Shown one piece after another: positions 8,345 to 17,391 of a stretch of DNA of 45,293 bases. The translations under genes and the position numbers were made by a program. Each line of letters starts with the position of its first letter. The stretch's first letter is position 1. The stretch is from Candidatus Nanohalobium sp. (GTDB taxonomy: Archaea; Nanohalarchaeota; Nanosalinia; Nanosalinales; Nanosalinaceae). The DNA lies in the NCBI GenBank assembly GCA_042216335.1, contig JBDGTY010000040.1, positions 1 through 45,293 on the forward strand, read 5' to 3'. Below the pieces are notes generated by a model, which worked only from the letters and a program-made list of their open reading frames with translations, was not told the origin of the DNA and did no database searches.

Positions 8345-9475
8345 TTAGTTGAGGAACTCCTCGTTCTCTATTTTCTCCGGGAGATACGTGTTGGCCACGA
8401 ACTCCAGGCTGTTGGCTGCGAGGGCCTGCTGCTCGACTCTTACGCCTTTGTCAAGCATCTTCTGGAACTGGTTCTGCCACTCGTCCGTCTGCATCCACTC
8501 GTAGTCCATGACGTCATGGATGCGCTTGTAGTCTTTTGTCGGTCCGCCGTTGCCTTCCGGCTTACCTTTAAGGTCTTCTGTTACGTGTTCGAGGCCGTAC
8601 TCCTCGATGTCTTCCATGGTCATACCGATGAGCTTGGCGTCCGGCGTCGCTAATCTATCGGACTGGAATGCAAGGCTCATTGATCCGGATTTGAGGACTG
8701 AGTAGATGTAGTATCCCCATGGGTCGCCGTCAGTGAAGACGTAGACCGGGAGATCTAACCGGTTGTGCATGATATTGACGAGTCTTCTGACTCCTCTGGA
8801 TGGCTGTCCTCCGGCCGAGATAACTATGGCGTTCTGCTCCTTGTGGAAGTCCTCCTCGACTAGTCTGTTAACCATCGCGGAAGTCTCGACCAGCAGGATG
8901 AAGTCTGCCTCACACTCAACGAACTCATAGTGGTCCACGATGGAGGGAATCGCGAGTCCTGAGGTTCCCATGTTCATGCAGTCGATCTCGTCGCCAGAAT
9001 CGTTGATAACTACAGGCCCAAAAAGAGAACCTTTCTTCTCTGCGAAAAGGTGCAGGTCCTCTCTGATTACTCCTGTAGCTGTCTCGATATCGACAACAAC
9101 GTTGTTGGATTCGTCCTGATCCTCAAACGTGTTTTCATCGAGTCCTGGTACACTGTGCTTTAACTGGTAGTATACCTCTCTGATGGCTGCTGTTCTGCCA
9201 CTTTCTACAAGCTCCTTGGACTTTGAGGCTACAAGTAGGGTCTGCATGAACTTCCTGGCGTGACTTATGTTGAGGAACTTTCTTGAGGAGTAACTGTCTC
9301 CAAGCTCCAGTCTTCCATCTTCTTCATTGTACTCTACGTTACTTCTGCTTCTTACCTGTGTCTCGAAAGTAAGATCCTCTTCCTCAGGATCTTCCAACTG
9401 GTTCTTTATCTGTTTTCCAAGATGCTTCAGTTTTTCCAGTGTCGTCTGATCGTTTTCAAATTCTTTCTTCGGCAT
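8345..9475 (-). CDS. top6A: DNA topoisomerase VI subunit A
   Basis: IREVYY catalytic Tyr motif, FEDQDESN, Toprim LVET and FTDGDPWG. Confidence 0.97.
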   Translation of the reverse strand: MPKKEFENDQTTLEKLKHLGKQIKNQLEDPEEEDLTFETQVRSRSNVEYNEEDGRLELGDSYSSRKFLNISHARKFMQTLLVASKSKELVESGRTAAIREVYYQLKHSVPGLDENTFEDQDESNNVVVDIETATGVIREDLHLFAEKKGSLFGPVVINDSGDEIDCMNMGTSGLAIPSIVDHYEFVECEADFILLVETSAMVNRLVEEDFHKEQNAIVISAGGQPSRGVRRLVNIMHNRLDLPVYVFTDGDPWGYYIYSVLKSGSMSLAFQSDRLATPDAKLIGMTMEDIEEYGLEHVTEDLKGKPEGNGGPTKDYKRIHDVMDYEWMQTDEWQNQFQKMLDKGVRVEQQALAANSLEFVANTYLPEKIENEEFLN

Positions 9476-9486
9476 TAGTCATCACC

Positions 9487-11079
9487 TCAAAGTTGCTCCG
9501 GGTTGTAGTCGTTCTGTACAAGCTGCTGGATTTTGTCTTCCATCTCTTCCTCGTCGCCTTCTTCCGCCAGTTGGGCGATGGCCGGCGCCATCTCCTTTGC
9601 GTAGGAAGTAAGCTGGCGTTTCTTCTTCTCCTGAATCTCCTTTCTCTCCTTTCTCTTGAGGTAGCGGCCGAGCTTTCTACCTGCTTCCTGCAGTGCCAGC
9701 TTCATTTCCTTCCTGATCGGATCGTAGTTCGCGACAGCTTCCTTACCTTCAGATGTGAAAGGCACCCAGACCGATGCGATGTGAATTGAGATGTAGAGAG
9801 GTCCCTGCGGTCGGTTTCCTGTCTGGCTGATGTTGTAACGGTTCCAGGAGACATTCTCGATAGCCTTTGTCGTCACACACGCAGATTTCTTGTAGAGCAG
9901 AGGAACCTTGTTTGCGTATCTAAGTTCGTTGTAGCTGCCCTCGTCTTCTATGTCGCCTCCCCAGGCCAGTCCGACCTCTACCTGGAAAGGATTGCCTTTG
10001 TAGACTGTCGGCTTTCTGGTAATGGTCTCTGTAAATTCTGGATTCAGCTCTTTCGTCAGTCCTTTCTCCATCAGGTCTTCTCCGATAGGTGAGAGACAGT
10101 CTGTCGGAGGGGACTGAAGGTTGACGTTCTCCGCTGCGTCTAGAAGCTGCTCGACCTCGTCCTTGTCGAGCGTGTTAGGCCTTCTTCCGTCGTCGATCTC
10201 GGCCTCTTCACATATCTCCTGTGCGGAGGTTCTCCCTACACGGGTGAATTCCTGCTGGAGGAAACTGGAGACGGTTCTGGCGTTGGAGTTATCCACCATC
10301 CTGAGAACGACACCAAGCTCTACACCATGGAGGTGCGGCTTGATCTCCTTCGGCTTCTTGGGAAGCTCTTTGGAAACCCGTGGGTATTCTATCTTGTTTC
10401 CGTCTGGCTCTCTTAGTACGATCCTTGCGTACGGGTTCATGATGGCCGTATGCTTCAGGTAGTTCCTGACACTGTGATGGCCTCTGGTGTATTTTGCCTC
10501 GATGTTCATCTCGATGGTTGTTCCGTGGTCGAAGTAGTAGTCCTTGTCGCCCGGGAACTCGTCGTTGTCCTCGTCTATGACCTCGTCTTCCAGGATTTCA
10601 GGCTCGTTCTCCTCAGTATCTATCCTGACAACGAACCTGTGGCATGGCTCGCCCTCCTGCTTGGAGTAGACGGTGACAGGTTCTCCTGTCGTCAGCTGCG
10701 CGTACATAGCGGAGGCTGAAATCCCTATGCCTTGCTGTCCCCGGCTCTGCTGAAGTTTGTGGAACTTTGAACCGTATAGAAGTTTACCGAAAACCTTCGG
10801 GATAGTCTCCCTGTCCAGCCCGATAGCATTGTCCCTGATCTCGACCCGGCACTTCTCGTCGTCGTACTCGTCGATGATGACCTGTACTTCGGGTAGGATG
10901 TCGTCCTCCTCACATGCGTCGAGTGAGTTGTCTACAGCTTCCTTTACTACTGTTATAATCGATTTCTGTGCGTTTTCGAATCCTAGGAGGTGTTTGTTTT
11001 TCTCGAAGAACTCTGCAACGGAAATCTCTCTGTGATCTCCGCCTTCAGCCTCCATGCCTTGATCTACTCCGTTTGCCAT
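9487..11079 (-). CDS. top6B: DNA topoisomerase VI subunit B
   Basis: ISVAEFFEKN, KEAVDNSLDACE, QSRGQQGIGIS, RYANKVPL, VPFTSEGKEA. Confidence 0.98.
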   Translation of the reverse strand: MANGVDQGMEAEGGDHREISVAEFFEKNKHLLGFENAQKSIITVVKEAVDNSLDACEEDDILPEVQVIIDEYDDEKCRVEIRDNAIGLDRETIPKVFGKLLYGSKFHKLQQSRGQQGIGISASAMYAQLTTGEPVTVYSKQEGEPCHRFVVRIDTEENEPEILEDEVIDEDNDEFPGDKDYYFDHGTTIEMNIEAKYTRGHHSVRNYLKHTAIMNPYARIVLREPDGNKIEYPRVSKELPKKPKEIKPHLHGVELGVVLRMVDNSNARTVSSFLQQEFTRVGRTSAQEICEEAEIDDGRRPNTLDKDEVEQLLDAAENVNLQSPPTDCLSPIGEDLMEKGLTKELNPEFTETITRKPTVYKGNPFQVEVGLAWGGDIEDEGSYNELRYANKVPLLYKKSACVTTKAIENVSWNRYNISQTGNRPQGPLYISIHIASVWVPFTSEGKEAVANYDPIRKEMKLALQEAGRKLGRYLKRKERKEIQEKKKRQLTSYAKEMAPAIAQLAEEGDEEEMEDKIQQLVQNDYNPEQL

Positions 11080-11098
11080 AGTACTAATTTCACCTTCT

Positions 11099-11602
11099 CT
11101 ACCTTTTAATCTTGTCCTGGTTCTTCTCCAGATAGTTGTATGCGGTTGAATGCGAGCTGCCGTTTAATAGCTGCTTCACGGCCTCACGCGCCACCTGGAT
11201 GTTCCGTGGATGTCCGATAAAACCTATAGTTTTGCCAAAAACAGATATATCCGTCTCAGTCATCTTCTCGATATGTTTACGGGCCTCGCCGTCTCTGCCG
11301 ATTACACGGCCTTTTAACCTTTCCTTGTCGTTTTCCGAGTTCGCGAACTGGTTGATGTCGATGTAGTTGAAAGTAAAATCCTTTTCGATTATTCTGAAAG
11401 CTTTATCCGGGTTGAATCCTCTCCCGATGGCCTTGACGATTCTTTGGCCGTCCATCTCGTCCAGTGCATCGCCGTCGATACGCGCAACGTTGTCCTCGAC
11501 TGTTAGATCGCAGTCAGTAACGTCCTCGAACTCTCTCTTCGTCTTTCCGCCCTCGCCGATGAGAACTCCGACACGCTTCTCCGGGATTTTAACCTCCTTC
11601 AT
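11099..11602 (-). CDS. KH-domain rRNA-processing protein (Dim2/Pno1 family)
   Basis: Two KH motifs (GVLIGEGG; KGRVIGRDG), AIGRGF; conserved position between rio1 and top6B. Confidence 0.93.
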   Translation of the reverse strand: MKEVKIPEKRVGVLIGEGGKTKREFEDVTDCDLTVEDNVARIDGDALDEMDGQRIVKAIGRGFNPDKAFRIIEKDFTFNYIDINQFANSENDKERLKGRVIGRDGEARKHIEKMTETDISVFGKTIGFIGHPRNIQVAREAVKQLLNGSSHSTAYNYLEKNQDKIKR

Positions 11603-11656
11603 ACTTATACAGAACTTCCCAACCTTTTTATACCTGAATCCAAGATAGAGGCGCTC

Positions 11657-12421
11657 TCAGGCCTCTAAAACTTCCTCAAACGCTTTCTCAACATCTACTT
11701 CCGCGCCCTGTTTACGGAAGAACTCTGCCACGTTCTCGATGTCACGACTCAGCAACTCTTCCGCCTCCGGATGCGATTTATGCACGCCCTGGGAGAAGTC
11801 GATGAAGTACAGTTCCCCGGATGAATCCAGCAGGATGTTGTACTCTGAGAGATCGCCGTGAACCATCTTTTCATCATGCCATAATCGTTTTACATCATCC
11901 AGAACCCTCTGAAAACCGGCCTCAGGGTTCTCGATATCGACGTCTTTCAGTTTCGGATAAGGTGAAAAATCTTCTCCGATGAACTCCATTACAAGTATGT
12001 TCTTCCTGAATCCGATGGCTTCGGGACATTCAAGGACTTTACCTGCCTTCTTAAGGTTCTTGAACTCCTTCTTGCACCACTCCTGAATAACCGATTTCCG
12101 ATCTTTTTTCACTCCTCTGAAACGTTTATCTCCTCTCAGGTATTGATACATGTCCCGGAAGCCACCGGCCTGGTTCATGTAGATCTTAACGATAACTCTC
12201 TCGCCCTCAGGAGTATCCGCCAGGAACACCACGGACTCCTTCCCTGACTCGATGGTGCCGTACATCTTCTCGATAACTTCTCTGTCCTTCAATTTCAGCA
12301 GGGCCATAGAGGTCTCGTGGTCGAAGACGTTCTCAAACGCCTTCTTGGCCTCCGAACTATCGAACATCCTCCGGCTTTCTTCCTTCCATCTTTCCTGGAA
12401 ATCGATGTTTTCGTCTTTCAT
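11657..12421 (-). CDS. rio1: RIO1 serine kinase
   Basis: SGKESVV, VKIY, WCKKEFKNL, LVMEFIG, VHGDLSEYNIL, IDFSQ. Confidence 0.95.
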   Translation of the reverse strand: MKDENIDFQERWKEESRRMFDSSEAKKAFENVFDHETSMALLKLKDREVIEKMYGTIESGKESVVFLADTPEGERVIVKIYMNQAGGFRDMYQYLRGDKRFRGVKKDRKSVIQEWCKKEFKNLKKAGKVLECPEAIGFRKNILVMEFIGEDFSPYPKLKDVDIENPEAGFQRVLDDVKRLWHDEKMVHGDLSEYNILLDSSGELYFIDFSQGVHKSHPEAEELLSRDIENVAEFFRKQGAEVDVEKAFEEVLEA

Positions 12422-12933
12422 TTCTCTTCTAGCGCCTCATCAGTGTTTATTTCTCTGTTATCTCTTTCTTCTATTTTCTCTACTGCCGAATTTACCTCTT
12501 CCTTGCTTAGGAAGTCTTTCTGAATAAGCAGTTTAATCAGGTTGTTGATTGAGAGTGTCTGAACTCTTTTCTTCTCAGCAAACCTTTTTGCCTGCTGATC
12601 CATCGTGAAGAAGATGGCATCTCTGTCTTTTGCGACTACCGTGGCTTCCAGCTCTCCCTTGTCAACGGAACTTTCCTCAAACCATTCTCTGTACTTATCC
12701 TTTTCCTCTTCTCTGATGTTAGTTACTTCAACATTCCTCAGTATCTTTTCAGGGTAGCTGTATCCGTACTCAAGAGGTCTCTCAACTTCTTCCTCTATCT
12801 TCGGAGTTATAGCTACTTGATGGTTGCTGAAAAGCTCCAGGGTTTCCTCAATTATCTCTCCTTTTGCCAGTACGCTTGAGGCATCTGTGTCGAGGATTAG
12901 CAAGTTATCAAAGCCTCTCTTCAACTTTTTCAA
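12418..12933 (-). CDS. PIN-domain (VapC-like) toxin
   Basis: LILDTD, DKGELEA and FTMD acidic PIN catalytic positions; overlaps upstream antitoxin gene. Confidence 0.82.
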   Translation of the reverse strand: MKKLKRGFDNLLILDTDASSVLAKGEIIEETLELFSNHQVAITPKIEEEVERPLEYGYSYPEKILRNVEVTNIREEEKDKYREWFEESSVDKGELEATVVAKDRDAIFFTMDQQAKRFAEKKRVQTLSINNLIKLLIQKDFLSKEEVNSAVEKIEERDNREINTDEALEEK

Positions 12934-13228
12934 GCTCTTCTGAATCTCCTGAAGCAGTCTTTATACTTACGTCTCTCTTCTCAAGTTCGTGCTTGAATCC
13001 TTCCAGATCCATCTCTGCTATCTCAGCGGCTCTCATCAATGAAACTTTTTCCTCTCTGTAAAGCTCTACGGCCGCACGAGTCCGCATCTCCGGATTGTTC
13101 CGGAGGAATTCTCTGAAAGCATCACGCATAACATCGCTTCTGGAGCTATACTCGCCTGATTCAACCAGAACATCTATCTCATCAGTCATAACTTCTGGCA
13201 AGCTAAACGACGTACTCTTGCTTGTCAT
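12908..13228 (-). CDS. Antitoxin: ribbon-helix-helix + UPF0175-like domain
   Basis: SFSLPE...LVESGEYSSRSDVMRDA (RHH); AVELYREEKVSLMRAAEIAEMDLEGFKHEL (UPF0175-like). Confidence 0.85.
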   Translation of the reverse strand: MTSKSTSFSLPEVMTDEIDVLVESGEYSSRSDVMRDAFREFLRNNPEMRTRAAVELYREEKVSLMRAAEIAEMDLEGFKHELEKRDVSIKTASGDSEELEKVEERL

Positions 13229-13238
13229 ATGCTAGTAA

Positions 13239-13262
13239 TTGTTAACAAATGTTAATAACATT
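13239..13262. promoter_or_regulatory. Two adjacent palindromes upstream of the antitoxin; putative autoregulatory operator
   Basis: TTGTTAACAA (13239-13248) and AATGTTA-A-TAACATT (13248-13262), both with TGTTA/TAACA half-sites. Confidence 0.6.
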
Positions 13263-13315
13263 GACTCTGCTAGAGACTTCCATAAGTTTCTGAATAGTCT
13301 TTTTGAGGAAGAAAA

Positions 13316-13630
13316 TTACAGGAATTCTGAGATCTCGTCCAGGTAATCTCGATCTTCGAGCCATTCCGTCTGCGCCTGTGAATAGCTTTCAACTATATCT
13401 CCTTTTTCGTCGCCCTGGATGTCCCACGGCTCGACCAGTACTACTGAGTCTCTCTTCACCCATAGGCCTCTCTTCTTCGATCCAGGGATCCGGCAGATAC
13501 GTTTGTTGCCGTCGGTGCAGTAGACTCTGTACTTTCCACCGCCTTCCTTCCTCAACACGATTCCCAGTACCTGGTTGTCGCGCGGCGTCTTTACACGGCC
13601 TATATCCTCTTCTCCGTCTTGATCGCTCAT
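13316..13630 (-). CDS. eif1a: Translation initiation factor aIF-1A
   Basis: VYCTDGNKRICRIPG, LWVKRDSVVLVEPWD, KGDIV. Confidence 0.96.
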   Translation of the reverse strand: MSDQDGEEDIGRVKTPRDNQVLGIVLRKEGGGKYRVYCTDGNKRICRIPGSKKRGLWVKRDSVVLVEPWDIQGDEKGDIVESYSQAQTEWLEDRDYLDEISEFL

Positions 13631-13668
13631 AGAAACACTTTCCCGGTGAATCCTTTTAAACCCTGATT

Positions 13669-14352
13669 CTACTCAATCCGGACTGAGACCACGTTCCGGT
13701 AGACTTCTTCTCCGTTCTCCTCTCCGATGAGTTCGTAGCTTCTCTCTATCTCCGGGTCGAACCTGTCTCTCAGCATGCCGAGGATCTTCTTGTTCATGGG
13801 TTCTGTGGAGAGGAAGTAGTCGTAGCCTCCGTCGACCTGATCGACGTTGGATAGGAAGTCCTTCCGGTTCTCGTTGGTGAGTTCTGCGGCCTTGTCTACT
13901 ATGGCTTCCGAGACAGGCTTCAGGTCGTCGCCTCTGAGCTGTATCTTGGCCTTGAAGAACCCTCCGTTAAACCTGGCGCATTCGTCGCACTGCACCTCTT
14001 TGAAGCTTACACGGGCGTCGGCTGTGTCGTGTATGTCGTCCCTGTAGGAGTGCACTTTGACGAATATGTCGTCCTCGTCTTCCTTCTCCCAGAACTGCAG
14101 CTCCATCCTCACGTCCTCTTCCGCGAACTCGGAAAACTTCAGTCCCAGCTGTTCCTGGATAGTGTATTCCTCGACCCATTCTCCGTGGTGCTTCATCCTC
14201 CCACAGACAGAACAGATCTTGATCTCCACCTCGTCAGGGATCTCAAGCAGACTGTTCTTTTCAGGGAAACACTCACTGCACAGCTGCTTCTCATCGCCGT
14301 ACAGTTTGTCCGTCTCCTCGCCGCATCGCGGACAGAATTTTGAAAGTTCCAT
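13669..14352 (-). CDS. nmd3: NMD3-family zinc-binding ribosome biogenesis protein (start moved to ATG 14352)
   Basis: FCPRCG, LCSECF, ICSVCG, QCDECARFNGGFFKAKIQLRG. Confidence 0.9.
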   Translation of the reverse strand: MELSKFCPRCGEETDKLYGDEKQLCSECFPEKNSLLEIPDEVEIKICSVCGRMKHHGEWVEEYTIQEQLGLKFSEFAEEDVRMELQFWEKEDEDDIFVKVHSYRDDIHDTADARVSFKEVQCDECARFNGGFFKAKIQLRGDDLKPVSEAIVDKAAELTNENRKDFLSNVDQVDGGYDYFLSTEPMNKKILGMLRDRFDPEIERSYELIGEENGEEVYRNVVSVRIE

Positions 14353-14435
14353 ACTACTGTTTTGCCTCGAAAATGATTTCAACATGCAGTTCTGTGCCGC
14401 AACTTTTTTAAATCGCTCGACATTACTATTTCATA

Positions 14436-14711
14436 GTGGCTGTAAAACATGATGCTACGTGCTTTCCTGGTCTAGAAGGAAGTTATGAAAGTTTTACTGC
14501 TGAACTCTACGATGGCCGTGATGTAGTCGGAGATTACCTGAAAAACTGTCTTGATGAAGTCTTTGGAGACAGCTATCACGAGAAATACACGGGAAGGCTG
14601 GAGAGTTCTTCTCTACTGAAGATTTCGAACGGTGAGGCAGAGGAAATACTGATAGGGAAGGATCATATTACTCCTGACAACATAGTTGACTCTCTGGAAG
14701 AGTTGTCCTGA
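14436..14711 (+). CDS. Hypothetical protein
   Basis: 91 aa acidic ORF; TTTAAA about 25 nt upstream. Confidence 0.55.
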   Translation: MAVKHDATCFPGLEGSYESFTAELYDGRDVVGDYLKNCLDEVFGDSYHEKYTGRLESSSLLKISNGEAEEILIGKDHITPDNIVDSLEELS

Positions 14712-14785
14712 AAACACGGATTATCTGCTCATCTTTTCTACGCACACCGATATCATGCCTGTTTTTAAGTTTAACGAAGCAGAAG

Positions 14786-15097
14786 ATGACTATAATGTCG
14801 TCGCTGCTTCAATACAACGAAAATATCGGTCTGAAGGATGGTGAGGAGGCTAGTTATATTGAACTAAGAATTCCCGATAGTCGGGAGAACTATGGGTCTG
14901 AACTGGAAGAAGCCATTGAATATCTGCAGGAGAATTTTCCCGAGGAAACACGTGTAAGAGATGATGCTGGCTATGATGCCCTAGGTTATGGGCCGGAGGT
15001 TATGATGTCCAATCCAGGCGAGATGGGATTGAACCACGTACTATCTGGTTCTCAGGTTACGGTGGAAAACCTGAAAGCAGCCCTGAACCAGGACTAA
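14786..15097 (+). CDS. Hypothetical protein
   Basis: 103 aa acidic ORF; TTTTAAG upstream. Confidence 0.65.
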   Translation: MTIMSSLLQYNENIGLKDGEEASYIELRIPDSRENYGSELEEAIEYLQENFPEETRVRDDAGYDALGYGPEVMMSNPGEMGLNHVLSGSQVTVENLKAALNQD

Positions 15098-15423
15098 AAC
15101 TCCAGATTGTCTCCCTCATCTATGCCCAGTTCCTCAAAACTCTCCAGAAGATACCTGTACTTCTCTCCAGGCCTGTGAAACAGTTTCCCTGGCAGTCTGT
15201 ACCATGGCTCGGCCTTCTCAACGTGTACTACTTCTTTCTCAGAGTTCATGAAGTATAGGTGGAGAGGTCGGCGCATCAGCATCATGTCGATCGGTGCCCT
15301 GGTTTTTCCAGGGAAATTGAAGATCATCTTCCCTCTTTTACGTAGTGAGAGGCCGACCGCTCTTTTCAGTATGCTGTCGGCTACCTCGGCCTCTATCTCG
15401 CCTTCTGGTGTCCGTATCTTCAT
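15094..15423 (-). CDS. DUF192-family protein
   Basis: EVADSILKRAVGLS, GKMIFNF, IDMMLMRRPL, YLLE, GIDEGD. Confidence 0.8.
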   Translation of the reverse strand: MKIRTPEGEIEAEVADSILKRAVGLSLRKRGKMIFNFPGKTRAPIDMMLMRRPLHLYFMNSEKEVVHVEKAEPWYRLPGKLFHRPGEKYRYLLESFEELGIDEGDNLEF

Positions 15424-16134
15424 CTACTTGGCCTCCTTGAGGTAGTAGTTGGGTGATATGACGAGCAGGTAGGTGCCTGTGACTGAGGAGGTCAGTCGGC
15501 CGAGGATGAACGCTGTGATGCCCAGTGTTCTGAGGGTTCCGGAGACCGTGGAGGACAGGAGTAGCAGGGCGAACGAGAACGCCATGAGCAGGGCGACCTC
15601 TTTTCTGTTCCTATTCGAGGAGTTGAACGCTTTTTTCAGGTTTTCCCGGGTGCCTCTGTTGTCAAGTATCGCGATCGGTGTGAAGTAGAGGTAGAATCCG
15701 GCCACCAGGGCTATCAGCACGTTCAGGATCAGGATGGCTGCGAGCAGTGCGATGCTTTCCGTGATTATGGCTGCTCCGAGTCCGACCGTGTAGATGATGC
15801 CTGTGAGGAATAGTATGCCTGTGCTCAGGGCTATCAGGGCCAGCATCCCCTTCCAGTTCTCCAGTGCCTCGCTGAAACCGCGCCTCAGTAGCTTGTCCCT
15901 ATCCTTAATCCTAACCATGGCGGCAGTCATCACAGGTGTGAATACTCCTAGGACGATCAGGGCGGGGAGGCCGGCCAGCATCACGTAGGCATCCGCTAAA
16001 ACAATCCCATCGAGAAGTATGTAGGCGAAGAGTGCGCTGCTGAAAGATGCAGAAACCAGTCGTGGGACGAAGAGCTGGGGCCTGTCCAGCAGCATCCTGA
16101 AGCTGCTCCTCAGGATTCCGGTGAGGTCGCTCAT
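15424..16134 (-). CDS. Polytopic membrane protein (about 6 TM)
   Basis: Several hydrophobic segments; FTPIAILDNRG...LKKAF loop. Confidence 0.8.
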   Translation of the reverse strand: MSDLTGILRSSFRMLLDRPQLFVPRLVSASFSSALFAYILLDGIVLADAYVMLAGLPALIVLGVFTPVMTAAMVRIKDRDKLLRRGFSEALENWKGMLALIALSTGILFLTGIIYTVGLGAAIITESIALLAAILILNVLIALVAGFYLYFTPIAILDNRGTRENLKKAFNSSNRNRKEVALLMAFSFALLLLSSTVSGTLRTLGITAFILGRLTSSVTGTYLLVISPNYYLKEAK

Positions 16135-16160
16135 ATCTATCGATCAACTCCTTGTACAGT

Positions 16161-16379
16161 CTACTGCTCCCGGTGTTTGGCGTGCTGTTCGAGAAGCTTC
16201 TCCTGCTTCAGGCTGTCAGGCAGCGGCTTTTCAAGGATCTCCTCAACCTTTTCGACCTCTTTTTCGGGAAGGCTTTCAAAGCTTCCCCCGTCGATGTTTC
16301 TGCCTGTCATGAACCTGTCGAAGTTTTCGAGTTCCGAGTTCAGTGCTTTGTCTATCTCCTGCCAGTGCTTCATGTACAT
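16161..16379 (-). CDS. Small hypothetical protein
   Basis: 72 aa, charged helical composition, co-oriented with neighbours. Confidence 0.55.
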   Translation of the reverse strand: MYMKHWQEIDKALNSELENFDRFMTGRNIDGGSFESLPEKEVEKVEEILEKPLPDSLKQEKLLEQHAKHREQ

Positions 16380-16410
16380 GGTTCGAGAAGGCTGCCATTA
16401 ACTCTTCCGG

Positions 16411-16833
16411 TTACTTGTTCGGCACCGGCACTATCCTCTTCCAGAATGTGAAGAACACGACATCCAGCGCCATGAATATCAACGCGGCCTTGATGCTGTT
16501 ACTGTTAATCGTCAGCGGCGTACCGACCAGTATAACGGCGAGATAGGCGATGGAGTAGATCGGAGTGACGAACGAGTGGAATATCTTTATCTTGTCCCTC
16601 CAGTGCTCAAGGAACTCCATCAACAATGTGCCTCCGCCGATACCGATCAGGAACAGCACGACCCATATCTCACGGCCTTCTGCACCAGCCTCAAGAAACA
16701 ATGCGATACCTGTCGAAAGCCAGAGAAGAGCGTTACCGATCGGATCAGCCCTCTCCCGCCTGTCCTTGTTAGTCTTCTCGAAGTAGACCTCGAGGACGAA
16801 AACGCCCAGGATCAAAGGAATAAGCTCCGGCAA
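16411..16833 (-). CDS. Membrane protein (about 5 TM); true start possibly upstream across a frameshift
   Basis: Hydrophobic segments throughout; TTG start without clear RBS (see findings). Confidence 0.7.
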   Translation of the reverse strand: MPELIPLILGVFVLEVYFEKTNKDRRERADPIGNALLWLSTGIALFLEAGAEGREIWVVLFLIGIGGGTLLMEFLEHWRDKIKIFHSFVTPIYSIAYLAVILVGTPLTINSNSIKAALIFMALDVVFFTFWKRIVPVPNK

Positions 16834-16970
16834 GGTATTCGGATAGTTAAGAGGCGCGGAAAAAACCGAACAGGTACTCCATCACACCCATCTGCTGACT
16901 GAAAACCAAGTTACCCTGCCTCCACCACCGAATAAAAACGAATCCAAACTTATACCTGATGGAGGAAAAA

Positions 16971-17179
16971 CGCCCTCACGGGGATTTGAACCCCGGATCT
17001 GCACCTATCTGCTGGGAAACATAAGTTTCTGAGAGCCATTCTGTGAATGGTTCAACGCGTGCGACTCCAAAATCGCAGGAAGCGATTTTGTGTGTCACCA
17101 GAAACTCTATTGGAGTTTCGGTTACTCCGCGTCAGGAGTCCCTCCGCAAGGTGCCGTCTTTCCGCTAGACCATGAGGGC
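16971..17179 (-). tRNA. tRNA-Arg(GCG) with a 137-nt intron (17007-17143) at position 37/38
   Basis: GCCCTCA/TGAGGGC acceptor, GTCT/AGAC D-arm, GCACC-TT-GCG-G^...^A-GGTGC anticodon arm, GGTTCAAATCC T-arm; TTGC/GCAG central helix with GGA and ATA bulges. Confidence 0.92.
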
Positions 17180-17285
17180 CTGTATGATTGGTTTGTGGGA
17201 AGGGTTTTCAAATAGGGGTGAAGGGTTTCTTCACCGTAACTATTTAATGGGCTGCATGTTTTAAACCGGGATAGGGCGATAAAAC

Positions 17286-17330
17286 ATGGGAATCATCGAA
17301 AAGATCAAGAAGAAACTTGGCCTGAACTAG
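17286..17330 (+). CDS. Putative 14-aa amphipathic micropeptide MGIIEKIKKKLGLN
   Basis: TTTTAAA about 25 nt upstream, codon style like neighbouring genes, clean amphipathic periodicity. Confidence 0.45.
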   Translation: MGIIEKIKKKLGLN

Positions 17331-17391
17331 AGCAGTCTTTGTTTAAATATTTCTTCTCCATTCTTTTACTGTAAAACGAGGTAATCCAAAA

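Noticed and set aside
17007-17143. Box C/D guide RNA within the intron
   Set aside because: Only an isolated CUGA near the 5' end; no RUGAUGA box C or terminal box D.
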